Of a stretch of 64,000 bases of DNA, positions 9,932 through 19,984 are shown piece by piece. The translations under genes and the position numbers were made by a program. Each line of letters begins with the position of its first letter. Position 1 is the stretch's first letter. The stretch lies in the NCBI GenBank assembly GCA_000146465.1, contig CP001949.1. One strand, 5' to 3'. The notes under the pieces are model-generated. The model searched no databases. It was not told the origin of the DNA and saw only the letters and a program-made list of their open reading frames with translations.

Positions 9932-11152
9932 TCATCTAAAAACCTTTGTTATTTTCATTTGATTGAAAGAAAGAGAATTGAGGTTTCTAGAATAAAACTC
10001 ATCACCTTCTTTAACATCGCACAATATATAGCATAACCCCCTGCATAATCCTTTTGTAAAACAAAATCCTCCTCTGATTACACGCCCAATCACAGTGTCA
10101 TTCTCATCGAAAATGAACGCACACCGATCGGCACGGCCCTTCTCAAGTTCAAAAGATGCAAACACGACTGGATCGCTAGTATATATGTACATCAAGTCCA
10201 TATTGAGTGCCATTTTCTTTGACCTAGGTGTTCTCTCATATTTACTTTTTATAGGCTCCGTATACGATTGTTCAAAGTCTTTGTAGAGTCTAGTCGTTGA
10301 GTAATCAAATGGATAAACCATGTAATCATTTTCGAGTGCAAGCCTCTGGAGCTCTTCAATACATATCGGAATTATTCCCACATTTACAATATCCTGCCAA
10401 AAGCTCATAACCATATTCCTTTTGAGAAGTACCTTCCCAGACTCGGCTTGCGAGAGACTTCTAACAAATATAGCCATGCTGGATCTGTCGGATAAAGCCC
10501 TATCAATTTTTCCCTTCTCCTTATGAGACAAGATCCGAGTAAGTCTTCCGGTCTCATCGTTTACCTCATCGAGAAATAATTCATCTACTTGAATCAACGA
10601 TAAGCAGCATTCTATTCTACCATATTCTTCCAGGATCATCCCAAACTCTATCTCCTCGAGATCAGAAGTAATGATTATTAGAAACCTTTCACTAACAATT
10701 GCTTCAAAAACTATATTCTTCTGTTGGATCCTTTGAACTACATCCCCAAGACTAAAATCTATTCCTGAAATCTCTACATCCGGCCTCTTATACACCACAA
10801 TGTCTTTGTAGGATTCATCAAACACAAATCCTCTTTTCTTTTGTGATTTGTAGATAAACTTACTACTCTTCATCCGTCTCCTCAAGGGAATAGATGTATT
10901 CCAAACCTTCAACATCTCAAACCTCTTCGCATACCATACATGTGTCCTTAATCCATGTCTATCCTTTTTTCTCATCCGGTTCTTCTTCCTTGTGCGTTTC
11001 TCATGGCTCCTGAGTCTCCGTCTTAGATAAAAAGGCAGCCTTTGGAACATCATCGACTTTTTTCTATTTGTTTCGATAGCTGCTTCAATGGATTGAATCT
11101 CCTTCGACCTTTCCTCTACAAAGTCAATTGGACTTATCTCCCTTTCAACCAT
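9932..11152 (-). CDS. POP1: RNase P/MRP protein subunit POP1
   Basis: Basic N-terminus plus the conserved POP1 motif RHGLRTHVWYAKRFEM (family consensus L-x-THxWHAKRF). Confidence 0.6.
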   Translation of the reverse strand: MVEREISPIDFVEERSKEIQSIEAAIETNRKKSMMFQRLPFYLRRRLRSHEKRTRKKNRMRKKDRHGLRTHVWYAKRFEMLKVWNTSIPLRRRMKSSKFIYKSQKKRGFVFDESYKDIVVYKRPDVEISGIDFSLGDVVQRIQQKNIVFEAIVSERFLIIITSDLEEIEFGMILEEYGRIECCLSLIQVDELFLDEVNDETGRLTRILSHKEKGKIDRALSDRSSMAIFVRSLSQAESGKVLLKRNMVMSFWQDIVNVGIIPICIEELQRLALENDYMVYPFDYSTTRLYKDFEQSYTEPIKSKYERTPRSKKMALNMDLMYIYTSDPVVFASFELEKGRADRCAFIFDENDTVIGRVIRGGFCFTKGLCRGLCYILCDVKEGDEFYSRNLNSLSFNQMKITKVFR

Positions 11153-11203
11153 TACTAGAGAGTTTTTCCAGGGTCTGAATTTTCAGAACAATACCCCGCA
11201 TGG

Positions 11204-11977
11204 ATGGTTATTTCTAACAAAGGACGCCATTCCAATGATAAATCCTTGTGGCCGTCCCTTCCCATGGACTGTATGATATCACCCCAAAATGCATTTACAA
11301 TCGACCGGATATTACAAGCTGTTAGAACATCCACAATCCTGATAGACACAACCAAGGAAATAACATTTCAACTGGTTTCTTCCGACAAGACTCTTGTTCT
11401 GAATCTCGATCTGAAGGAGACCTTTTTCGAAACCCTAAGCTCGAAGAACAGGCTCGCCCTGATTCCAAGGCAGAAATTCTATATAAAGAAGATGAAGCTA
11501 TTGAAAATAACTACCAAGGAATATATAATAACATTTGAATATGTATTTGACAAGTATATTTTAAGAAGAAGAGTATTCTACAATCCATCATCATTTTTTT
11601 CGGTTGGGTTTAAGACAGACTACTCTGGAGAAGTCAGTCCAAGCATTATGAGGCTGGCCCTAAAGGAGATCAGTGATCAGCTGGTTACATTGAAAATAGA
11701 TAATGGTCGTGGAGAAATCTATAATGAAGAAACTAAAATGGGATTTCCACTAGAGTTCTCTGGAGAGTTTTCTGTGGATCTTGTTGGAGGTAACCTGAGA
11801 AGTATGCTCGAAGTTTCTGACTTGTTCGCCCGAACGATCGTAAACTACGGAGCATCCAATCCATCTATTAACTTTATCTTCCTTGGGAATGAAATCAGGG
11901 CTTCTTTCTTTGCAGCTATAAACCATAATCCAATCAAAAAAGAAAACCTAAGCTCCGGAGGGGCTTTTGGACGATAG
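11204..11977 (+). CDS. hypothetical protein (257 aa)
   Basis: Intact ORF with an ATG; alternative start at MDCMISPQ (11264) also follows a CCC; no motif recognised. Confidence 0.35.
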   Translation: MVISNKGRHSNDKSLWPSLPMDCMISPQNAFTIDRILQAVRTSTILIDTTKEITFQLVSSDKTLVLNLDLKETFFETLSSKNRLALIPRQKFYIKKMKLLKITTKEYIITFEYVFDKYILRRRVFYNPSSFFSVGFKTDYSGEVSPSIMRLALKEISDQLVTLKIDNGRGEIYNEETKMGFPLEFSGEFSVDLVGGNLRSMLEVSDLFARTIVNYGASNPSINFIFLGNEIRASFFAAINHNPIKKENLSSGGAFGR

Positions 11978-12130
11978 ATTATTTCTTAGAATCCCTGTTG
12001 ATCACGTATGCATCCCAAAACTCTGGAGAATATGGCGTTCCTACTAAACTGTCTTTAGATTCAGTAGGCATTAAATTGTATCATGGTAGTCCAAACCTTT
12101 TTATGTAAAATATGTTTGGAGAACCCCTAA

Positions 12131-14986
12131 ATGAAATTCAACAAAAGATGTCTGACGGTGTTTTCCGATGAGAAGCCATTTATGGCCATGGGGACGAAGA
12201 GCAAGCTATTTGATACATCGTTTTCTCTAACATCCGAGCTGTTTTTGTATGATTATAGCCTAGGGGTTCAATATCCTCCCTTACAAACAGACAACAAGTT
12301 TTATAAGCTCAAGTGGTGTGGCTGGGGAGATGGGGAGATCCTAGCCACTGGAAACGAGGATGGGAAGGTGACGCTTTATACGCCTGCACCAGAAAAAAAT
12401 ATCTCTTTCGAGCTTCTATCCAGCTGCTGTGTTCTTGAAGGAGATGTGCTTGGACTGGACTTCAATCCGTCTAAAGGAGTTCTTGCAGCAGGGTCTTCCA
12501 ATGGAAAGATTATATTCTGGAACCTGAACAGACTTGACAGTCAATATACAAGTGACATCCCACTTACTTCAAATATAACTTGCCTTTCGTGGAACAAAAA
12601 AGTATCTAGAATATTATGTGCAGGCACGGATGATGGGAAGATACTCATCCTCGATATAAGGGCCAAGAATGTAGCCATGACCCTTGGAGGAGATGACATA
12701 ACAATGGTATCTGATGTGATGTGGCATCCCAATGGATCAACATCTATTTTGGCCGCGACCAACCAGAAGAGACTTCAATGCTTTAATCTCAGCTCCGATA
12801 GTACATCTCAAATAGGAGAGCATGAAAGTGGAATTATAAGACTATCCCTGATTGATAAAGGCTATATGGCAGCTTCTTCTAAGGAACAGGTGGATATAAT
12901 CGAAGTGAGCAGCAACAAAGTTATTGATACAATTCCAGTAGATGGAATATTCGAAGTAAGCTTTTCCAAGAGAGATCCATTGATGGCTTTATCGTATGTA
13001 GGGGGAACTACTGAGATTCTTCCTCGAGTAACTACCGATGTTCTACCCACCAATCCAGGATGCATAGTTGGATGCAATATTGTTGGAAAAGATTTATACG
13101 AAATTGAAGACAAGAAGATGAAGGATGTAGAAGAAGATGCATTTGTCGGAAAGATTAAAAAGCTCCTTTATCCCGACGGAAACTATAGCATTGACAGAAA
13201 AGGATTAGGTGAGCTTTTGCTTGGAGAAGCCATAGGAAGAAACAACAAGAAGAATCTTGAGGTGGACGAAGAGTTAAACAAAAAGGTATCTGGAATGAGT
13301 CTTGAACTGAAGCTGGATCTCGAAGATCCTTTGACCTTGGCCTTGATAAAGGGAGACCTTGAGGAAGCTTACTCGGAATCTGTGGAAAGTAACAAAACAG
13401 TTCCCTTTTCACAATTCCTTGCACTGGCCAAGGGAAGTGAATCTTTGTCCTTTGATTCCGATGATCCCCTGATTCTTCTGGCAACGGCACAAATTACAGC
13501 TAGGTTTTCAGATCTGCTTGAAAAGATATCTACCTCCCAATGGCTAGCCCTACTTTCCATAATAAGCTTTTCTCCACTATCGGATTCGGATTTCTTTTCC
13601 AATGCTTTGGAGCTAGCAAATAAGCTGGGGAATGAAGAAAAATTGCTTGTGTATGCTATAGTCAACAGATTAGATGATTACTTTGAACTAAAGGAATCTA
13701 TGTATAGAATGCCAAAAAGCATCTATGAGGTTAGAGACTTTTTCCAAAGGTACAAAGAGATAGTGTCTGATTTGGAATCGATGGGAGGCCTTTACAAAAG
13801 CCCAATGATTTCGGAATACTTTTGGTATGCATCAACACATGGAGAAACACCAACTCGAATCAAATATGAAGACTTGGGAATCAACATCTATCTCGGAAGA
13901 GCAACTAGCAGTATCTCCTCCCCTAAGTCCTCCTCTCCAAGCATCGGAGATTCATATGGAAGACAGAATGTGTTTAAGAGATCTCCATCTTTAGAACCTC
14001 AAACCCGCCAAGATTCTGGTGCTACAGTGAAATATGGAATGGCATCCATTAAACCCAATACCCCTATGACTGGTCCTTCATTGCTTTCCAGCCATAGTGG
14101 AATGAGTACTACGACTACCAGTTCCTTAGGAAGACCAATTATTCCCGGGGCAAGCATCAGTTCTGCACACAAAAACATCGTTCAATCACCACCATCTCCG
14201 GTAATTTCTCAGCAAAGAATGAAGGTACCCAGCCCCCCTCTGGGACCAAACAAATCCCCCTATTCTTCTGTTGGCCTGTCTGCAGCACAGAAGATGTATA
14301 TTCCTAGACCTGGATACAAAACTATGCCTAGCACGCCTACATATAACTCGGCATCCAAAGGAATCTCCCAGAAGACATACAGCTCCATGCCAGACATTTC
14401 TAGTCTTTCCAGTAGCTCTCAGCCGGTGTCTACATATGGGACGATGTCTCGCGGGCCTTCTTCTCAAGAACACTCATCTCAGTCAAATGTGTCGAAGCCA
14501 TACATTCCTAAGCCGGGAATTCCTTCTAGCCCTTCTCTCTCTCCCCAGAATAATCTCCAAAGGCCCAATATTCCAATCCCACAGCCTCAGGGAAGAGATC
14601 TAGAGCCATCGGCCCAAAGCCAAGCTAGTAGCCCACAGAAGTCTACAGACAATCTAAATTCCGAGGAGATACTTAAAACATTTGAAAGCATCACCGAGGG
14701 CTTAATAGAAAAGGCATCGAGCAAGGCTAACCTGATAGTTAGAAATAAGCTTAAGGAAGTTACCAAGAGACTTTCTATATACGGCAGTGTTGCAAAAGAC
14801 ACTTTCAGTCCTTTGATTCTGGGAGGGATCGATAGGATAAACAAAGAAATCAAAAACAACGAAAATACCGACACAATGAAGCAGAAAGTCAGAGAGATTA
14901 TTCTCGAATGCACCGAGTCTGGGGAAAACAGAGCAGATTTGTGGATGCCCAGTATCTACACCCTCCTTCAGATTGTCTATCACTAG
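12131..14986 (+). CDS. SEC31: COPII outer-coat subunit Sec31
   Basis: N-terminal WD40 blades (GNEDGKVTLYTPA, GSSNGKIIFWNLN), a central helical region, then a long Ser/Pro-rich segment with S-K-PY-IPKPG repeats resembling the yeast Sec31 SNPYAPP repeats, and a C-terminal helical domain. Confidence 0.6.
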   Translation: MKFNKRCLTVFSDEKPFMAMGTKSKLFDTSFSLTSELFLYDYSLGVQYPPLQTDNKFYKLKWCGWGDGEILATGNEDGKVTLYTPAPEKNISFELLSSCCVLEGDVLGLDFNPSKGVLAAGSSNGKIIFWNLNRLDSQYTSDIPLTSNITCLSWNKKVSRILCAGTDDGKILILDIRAKNVAMTLGGDDITMVSDVMWHPNGSTSILAATNQKRLQCFNLSSDSTSQIGEHESGIIRLSLIDKGYMAASSKEQVDIIEVSSNKVIDTIPVDGIFEVSFSKRDPLMALSYVGGTTEILPRVTTDVLPTNPGCIVGCNIVGKDLYEIEDKKMKDVEEDAFVGKIKKLLYPDGNYSIDRKGLGELLLGEAIGRNNKKNLEVDEELNKKVSGMSLELKLDLEDPLTLALIKGDLEEAYSESVESNKTVPFSQFLALAKGSESLSFDSDDPLILLATAQITARFSDLLEKISTSQWLALLSIISFSPLSDSDFFSNALELANKLGNEEKLLVYAIVNRLDDYFELKESMYRMPKSIYEVRDFFQRYKEIVSDLESMGGLYKSPMISEYFWYASTHGETPTRIKYEDLGINIYLGRATSSISSPKSSSPSIGDSYGRQNVFKRSPSLEPQTRQDSGATVKYGMASIKPNTPMTGPSLLSSHSGMSTTTTSSLGRPIIPGASISSAHKNIVQSPPSPVISQQRMKVPSPPLGPNKSPYSSVGLSAAQKMYIPRPGYKTMPSTPTYNSASKGISQKTYSSMPDISSLSSSSQPVSTYGTMSRGPSSQEHSSQSNVSKPYIPKPGIPSSPSLSPQNNLQRPNIPIPQPQGRDLEPSAQSQASSPQKSTDNLNSEEILKTFESITEGLIEKASSKANLIVRNKLKEVTKRLSIYGSVAKDTFSPLILGGIDRINKEIKNNENTDTMKQKVREIILECTESGENRADLWMPSIYTLLQIVYH

Positions 14987-15053
14987 TGATTAAACGAGAT
15001 TATTGGATCTATACATGTCCAAATCCATTTCATTTTTGAAACTAAAAAGCATA

Positions 15054-15125
15054 TTCCTCGTCCGGGAATCGAACCCGAGCCTGCTGCGTGAGAGGCAGCT
15101 ATCCTAACCACTGGACCAACAAGGA
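15054..15125 (-). tRNA. tRNA-Glu (anticodon CUC)
   Basis: Manual cloverleaf fold: acceptor TCCTTGT/ACGAGGA, D-stem GTCC/GGAT, anticodon stem GCTGC/GCAGC with loop CTCTCAC, T-arm TCGGG-TTCGATT-CCCGG; no intron. Confidence 0.85.
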
Positions 15126-15245
15126 TGTTGTGGATCTTGAGAAAAGCCATCACTGTTTCTTCAAAGCCGGTGCTTTTGATCAAGATTCCTGTTGTGGCCT
15201 GAAACGTCAGTGAAAACTTTCTCTATCCAAAGCCTATAAACAGAA

Positions 15246-16055
15246 ATGACAAGATACATCTTAGGCGGAATAATCGGATCGGGAACATATGGTGAGGTGT
15301 ACGAGGCAATAGACACAGAAACGAAGGAAAAGGTTGCCTTGAAGAGAATAAAGCTCAATGAGAAGGAAGGAATGCCAGGGACTGCCCTTAGGGAAATATC
15401 AATACTCAAGAAACTTAACCACAAAAACATCATAAGCTTGGTGTCTATAATACATACCGATGCACTCTTGACAATGGTGTTTCCGTTCATAGACTATGAG
15501 TTGAAAAAGTATATTGGGATGAACACAGGGAAAAACATAATGGAGCTTGTTAACCAGTTGATATGTGGAGTACACTATTTACATCAAATGAATGTAGTGC
15601 ACAGGGATCTTAAGCCTCAGAACATCCTTGTCACGAGTGATGGAGTATTGAAGATAGCCGATTTCGGACTGTCGAGAAGCCTGGAGATAAGAGTGCCACC
15701 CTATTCTAGTGAAGTTGTTACTTTGTGGTACAGGTCGCCTGAGCTTCTTATGGGGAGCACTAGTTACAGATTTTATGTGGACATATGGAGTCTAGGATGC
15801 ATAATCTACGAGATGATAACGCTAGAACCTCTCTTTCCTGGAGAGAGCAAGGAAAATCAGCTAACACTCATCCGAAGAAAGGCAGGAACAAGGAGATCTC
15901 TCAAGCATGCAATAGAGAAAAAGTTAACAGCTCCAAAGTTTGTGGTCGATATTATACTCAGATGCCTCGACTTCAACTACGATCAAAGAATAACAGCAGA
16001 CGAGATAGTGGAGATTCTTGAAAACGAGTACGGAACTCGCGGAGGGATTTCTTAG
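15246..16055 (+). CDS. cyclin-dependent kinase (CDK1/Cdc28-like)
   Basis: GSGTYGEVY glycine loop, PSTAIRE-like PGTALREISILK, HRDLKPQN, DFG, SPE motifs. Confidence 0.8.
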   Translation: MTRYILGGIIGSGTYGEVYEAIDTETKEKVALKRIKLNEKEGMPGTALREISILKKLNHKNIISLVSIIHTDALLTMVFPFIDYELKKYIGMNTGKNIMELVNQLICGVHYLHQMNVVHRDLKPQNILVTSDGVLKIADFGLSRSLEIRVPPYSSEVVTLWYRSPELLMGSTSYRFYVDIWSLGCIIYEMITLEPLFPGESKENQLTLIRRKAGTRRSLKHAIEKKLTAPKFVVDIILRCLDFNYDQRITADEIVEILENEYGTRGGIS

Positions 16056-16119
16056 AAATGGCCACAATCTCTGGAATTGCCTTAAGATACAAAGAGCCGT
16101 TTTCCAATCCCCAGAGATA

Positions 16120-17250
16120 ATGAAAACGGAATGGGGAAGACTAATTATTGAGAAAAGATTTGGAGCTAAGCCTAAGATCAAGCCAAAAGTACAAAGATGC
16201 TCAGCTACGGAGTATGGGGGGATAGAGAAGCTCTCTGAGCAGCTAACGGTAAAGAACAGAAAGATATCCGCAGGAAGGCCTGCTAATTCCGTGGAAGAAT
16301 TTGAAGAACAAAGCGAGGTGGATGTTATTGTGGAGAGGCTTTCCCAATCGTTTGAGTTTTCGAGGACAATTCCCCCACGTGTTCCATACAAGGGAATTGA
16401 AAAAGAGCTCTTTAAGGAGGTTGAAGGAAAGGTTTTTGATCGGTGGAAAGGCCTGCAAAGATGTACAGTGTTTGAGAGAAATATAGAGATATGGAGACAG
16501 CTGTGGATTACTTGCGAGAGAAGTGACGTCATAGTGCAAATAGTCGATGCAAGAAATCCGGAATTCTTTCTCAACGATGACATCCGTAAGCTTTATCCAA
16601 AGAAAGAACATGTTGTTTTAATCAACAAGTCAGACCTATCTTCGAATAGGACAGAGATCAAAGGATATAGATGTTTTCACTACTCTGCATTGGAAGGAAA
16701 AAGCCTCTTGAAGTTTGTTCTGGGGTATAAAGGAAAGATGGTTGGATTTGTGGGGTATCCAAATGTTGGGAAAAGCAGCACAATCAACTCAATAATGAAC
16801 AGTAAACGAGTCAAAGTTAGTCAAACACCCGGTAAGACTAGACACATACAGACAATATACATCGAGGACGGGCCATGCCTGCTTGACTGTCCTGGGTTGG
16901 TTTTCCCAAGACACAGGAAACTTGATCTTATACTTCATGGAATACTAAATGTTGATCAGCTACTAGATCTGAATAGTAGTGTTGATTACATTATAGAGCT
17001 CATTGGGATTGGAAAGCTCTGTAGATTTTATTCTCTAAAAGGATTTTATAATGACTCAAGATATTCTAAAGGAACTAACTACATAAACCTGATGTCAATG
17101 TCAAAGGGATGGGAGACGAGTAGGTGTTTAAAGACAATAGTCAAGGACTTTGTCTCAGGAAAAATCCCGTACGAGAAGATAGATGAAAATTGTCTGGAGG
17201 CTATGTTTGACTGGTATGAGAAGGAGATTCCTCAAAAGAGCTTTATGTAG
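16120..17250 (+). CDS. circularly permuted GTPase of the YlqF/Lsg1 family (large-subunit GTPase 1-like)
   Basis: G4 NKSDL precedes G1 GYPNVGKSS and G3 DCPG; N-terminal GRLIIEKRFG matches the Lsg1 N-terminus; the track ORF starts at an upstream TTG (16018) that overlaps the CDK gene. Confidence 0.65.
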   Translation: MKTEWGRLIIEKRFGAKPKIKPKVQRCSATEYGGIEKLSEQLTVKNRKISAGRPANSVEEFEEQSEVDVIVERLSQSFEFSRTIPPRVPYKGIEKELFKEVEGKVFDRWKGLQRCTVFERNIEIWRQLWITCERSDVIVQIVDARNPEFFLNDDIRKLYPKKEHVVLINKSDLSSNRTEIKGYRCFHYSALEGKSLLKFVLGYKGKMVGFVGYPNVGKSSTINSIMNSKRVKVSQTPGKTRHIQTIYIEDGPCLLDCPGLVFPRHRKLDLILHGILNVDQLLDLNSSVDYIIELIGIGKLCRFYSLKGFYNDSRYSKGTNYINLMSMSKGWETSRCLKTIVKDFVSGKIPYEKIDENCLEAMFDWYEKEIPQKSFM

Positions 17251-17375
17251 ATGCCTTATCAAATCTTTATCTTAAAACAAAGCATTAAAATCCTCATCTT
17301 ATATATGTTTTATTAAAATCTCCTATCGAGACCGCTCCTGGCCTAGGTTCTTTAAAGAGTAGGCTTCTTTATCCA

Positions 17376-18503
17376 TCAGCTCCACTCCGAGGATATGCAT
17401 GTATATAATGCCTGTATTGCATGGAATCTTATGTCATCGTTTTCACTGTTGATTAGGTTGAAAAGTATTTCTTTTACTTGATACTTGTTCAAGACCGTGT
17501 TGATTTCTGGGGATACCTTCACTAGCTGGAAGATGTCACTGCATGCAAGACACACCCAAGAGGGATTATTGGACTTCAGATACTTCTTAAGAACCTTAAC
17601 TATTTCAACCTTGTTTTTCATCAGCATGTCAAGATTGGTGCTCCAGAAATCCTCCTTGTGATGATACTCAGAGTCTTCAAACCTTCCAGAAAACAACTCA
17701 TTGAGGTAGTTCCGTATGCAAAACTGCTTTGTACTCTGCATTATCTTGGCTCTAACCTTTTCCAGATCTGCCATTAGCTCCTCATCACTATATCCTCCTT
17801 CCAAAAGAATCTCAGTGCATTTTGAGATGTCGTTGAGCTTCCCTGGTGAAAATATATACCCACTATCAAGGATGTTGGTAATTATTCCATAACATACCCT
17901 CAAGATCTTCTCTCGTGCTCTTTCCTTCACTATAATAACAACATCGTCGATCAAAGTGTTCATTTTGTCAATACACTCTTTGCTATAGGAGAATATAAGA
18001 ATGATCATTAGCGTATTGTATTGGATCTCCTTAACAAACACAGATGTGTGGAGTATTTCAATAAACATTTTGTTGGATGCGAGCTCCATTTTCCTCTTCT
18101 CAACGTCGAATTCCGAGTTGGATTTGCAGGATAGAAGGTCTACTAGCAAAGATAGTAGATAGTTGCTCTCTTCATAAGATGTGTTTTCCTTTAACATCTG
18201 TTTGAAGAAAGAAATGTACTCCTTTCTGTGGTTCTTGTCCCCATAGATTCTTGTCAGTATCTCTGCGCTTATGTATCTCGAATAGATATCTGGACAAAAA
18301 AGTAGGTCTATCAGGTCATCTTCCCCTAGCAATTCGGGGCAGCTCAGAAGAATCGAGGCTCCTACATTTTCTTCCCTAAGAAGCATAGACACTTCCTTTC
18401 TGTCCCCATGTTTGCTTGCCTCTCTGAATCTCTCCACACTTTCAGATACTACTTCGGGAGATAGAGAATCTCTTGTTTTGGCTTCCAACTTTTTCAAAAA
18501 CAT
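17376..18503 (-). CDS. V-type ATPase subunit H (Vma13-like)
   Basis: C-terminal LACSDIFQLVKVSPEINTVLNKYQVKEILFNLINSENDDIRFHAIQALYTC parallels the V-ATPase H [52 protein letters not shown]. Confidence 0.5.
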   Translation of the reverse strand: MFLKKLEAKTRDSLSPEVVSESVERFREASKHGDRKEVSMLLREENVGASILLSCPELLGEDDLIDLLFCPDIYSRYISAEILTRIYGDKNHRKEYISFFKQMLKENTSYEESNYLLSLLVDLLSCKSNSEFDVEKRKMELASNKMFIEILHTSVFVKEIQYNTLMIILIFSYSKECIDKMNTLIDDVVIIVKERAREKILRVCYGIITNILDSGYIFSPGKLNDISKCTEILLEGGYSDEELMADLEKVRAKIMQSTKQFCIRNYLNELFSGRFEDSEYHHKEDFWSTNLDMLMKNKVEIVKVLKKYLKSNNPSWVCLACSDIFQLVKVSPEINTVLNKYQVKEILFNLINSENDDIRFHAIQALYTCISSEWS

Positions 18504-18714
18504 TAGGCTCTGTTCGGGATTATCTTTAATTTCTTAAATCTGGTAACTAGCAAGCAGCTCGGAGTCCCGTGCTCGGAACTAATTCTTGGCTCTACCAGCT
18601 TGAGATTTGTGTTTACTTCATGGATTTTGCATTCTGTAAGAAGTCTTGCCAAATCCTCCTGCCACTAGACTTCCATCCATGTGAAATACAAAAGTGGATC
18701 CCTGGATTTTCAGG

Positions 18715-19617
18715 ATGGTGGCCTTGTTCAGGAAATCAGAGCCTCTGAGGAATGTAACAAACAAGATTGTAAAGAGAGCAGAGAAGACGCAGTTTCCGCT
18801 CAGCAAAGTGGAAGAGGTTGTTTACAGGCAGCAGAAGATTATGGATGCCTCTCAAATAGTAATGGCGGATAAATATTCGGATGACATTTTCGAATATTTC
18901 TCGGCTATTGATAAACCATTCGTGTATGTCAATGATGGAGTATCATGGAAGATGAGAAGTCTATTAGTCGACTGGATCATTGACATCCACGATAAGCTGG
19001 GGCTCTGCCATGACACCCTCTTTCTTGCAATCAATCTCGTTGACAGATTTCTTTCTATGCGATCTATTCCAAGCTCGAAGCTTCAGCTTGTTGGAATCTC
19101 TGCCTTGATGATAGCATGCAAATACGAAGAAGTTGTGTGCCCAGCTCTCCAGACATTTGTTCTTCTAACAGAGAAGACATTGACAGGAGATGACGTGAGA
19201 AAAGCAGAAAAGTACATGCTCCACACCTTAAACTACGATCTCCAATATGTCTCTCCACTAAACTTTCTCAGGAAATGCTCCAAAGCCAACAACTACGAAA
19301 TCAACAGCAGAGCAGTGGGGAAGTATTTATTAGAGCTCATGACTCTCTATGAAGAGTTCTTAAAATTTAAGGGATCTGTAAGAGCAGCGGCTGCAATGTA
19401 TCTTTCGAGAAAAATGACATCTCAGGATCAATGCAAGAACCTCTTTACCATGTATTCTGGACATACTAAAGATGACATAAAGGAATGCTTCAATGCCCTA
19501 GTCCGTGTCATAAGTGAAAGCATTCCATTTGAAAACATACAAAACAAATACAACACTCCGAAGTTTCTTCATGTGTCATCCTTTGTTAGAGAGTATGCAG
19601 AGAAAAACTTCAAGTAG
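18715..19617 (+). CDS. B-type (mitotic) cyclin
   Basis: Cyclin box MRSLLVDWIIDIHDKLGLCHDTLFLAINLVDRFLS...LQLVGISALMIACKYEE; the track start is GTG at 18694. Confidence 0.75.
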   Translation: MVALFRKSEPLRNVTNKIVKRAEKTQFPLSKVEEVVYRQQKIMDASQIVMADKYSDDIFEYFSAIDKPFVYVNDGVSWKMRSLLVDWIIDIHDKLGLCHDTLFLAINLVDRFLSMRSIPSSKLQLVGISALMIACKYEEVVCPALQTFVLLTEKTLTGDDVRKAEKYMLHTLNYDLQYVSPLNFLRKCSKANNYEINSRAVGKYLLELMTLYEEFLKFKGSVRAAAAMYLSRKMTSQDQCKNLFTMYSGHTKDDIKECFNALVRVISESIPFENIQNKYNTPKFLHVSSFVREYAEKNFK

Positions 19618-19984
19618 CTTCGCCCTTATCTGAATAAATACTTCCGTTTAATTCACCATTCTAGTGGCTACAAGCTTGCTACCACTCCCCGATTTCCATA
19701 TATTCATCATGCCAAAGGACCCTAGCATGGCTAACAAGCGAGTAACATACGGATTAAGTGTAATTTATTTCCTGGCTTTGATCAGGATCGGAATGGGCAA
19801 ATCCAACAGAGTGCTCGAATTAATCGTCCACTTTCCTCTTCTATTCCTGAATTTCATACTCATTATGCTTTTGATATCGGCTGGACAACAACTCTACCAA
19901 AAGAATCTCTAAAAGGGCTCCGAATCTATCACTGTGTAAATAAACAAGAGCAAATGATTTCACCATATGAAATCCTTTCTCAGA

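Noticed and set aside
14186-14913. Cluster of ORFs of about 95-110 aa antisense to, or out of frame in, the Sec31 Ser/Pro-rich tract
   Set aside because: They arise from the GC-rich repetitive tract and have Arg/Cys-rich nonsense translations; Sec31 is collinear through the region
15924-16611. Minus-strand ORFs 15924-16583 and 16243-16611, antisense to the CDK and Lsg1 genes
   Set aside because: Both plus-strand genes have strong motif support; the antisense translations are Ser/Leu-rich with no features
19664-19912. 82-aa plus-strand ORF in the convergent spacer after the cyclin gene
   Set aside because: Hydrophobic low-complexity translation, no C-run before its ATG, and it sits where two 3' UTRs should lie; retained only as part of a candidate ncRNA region
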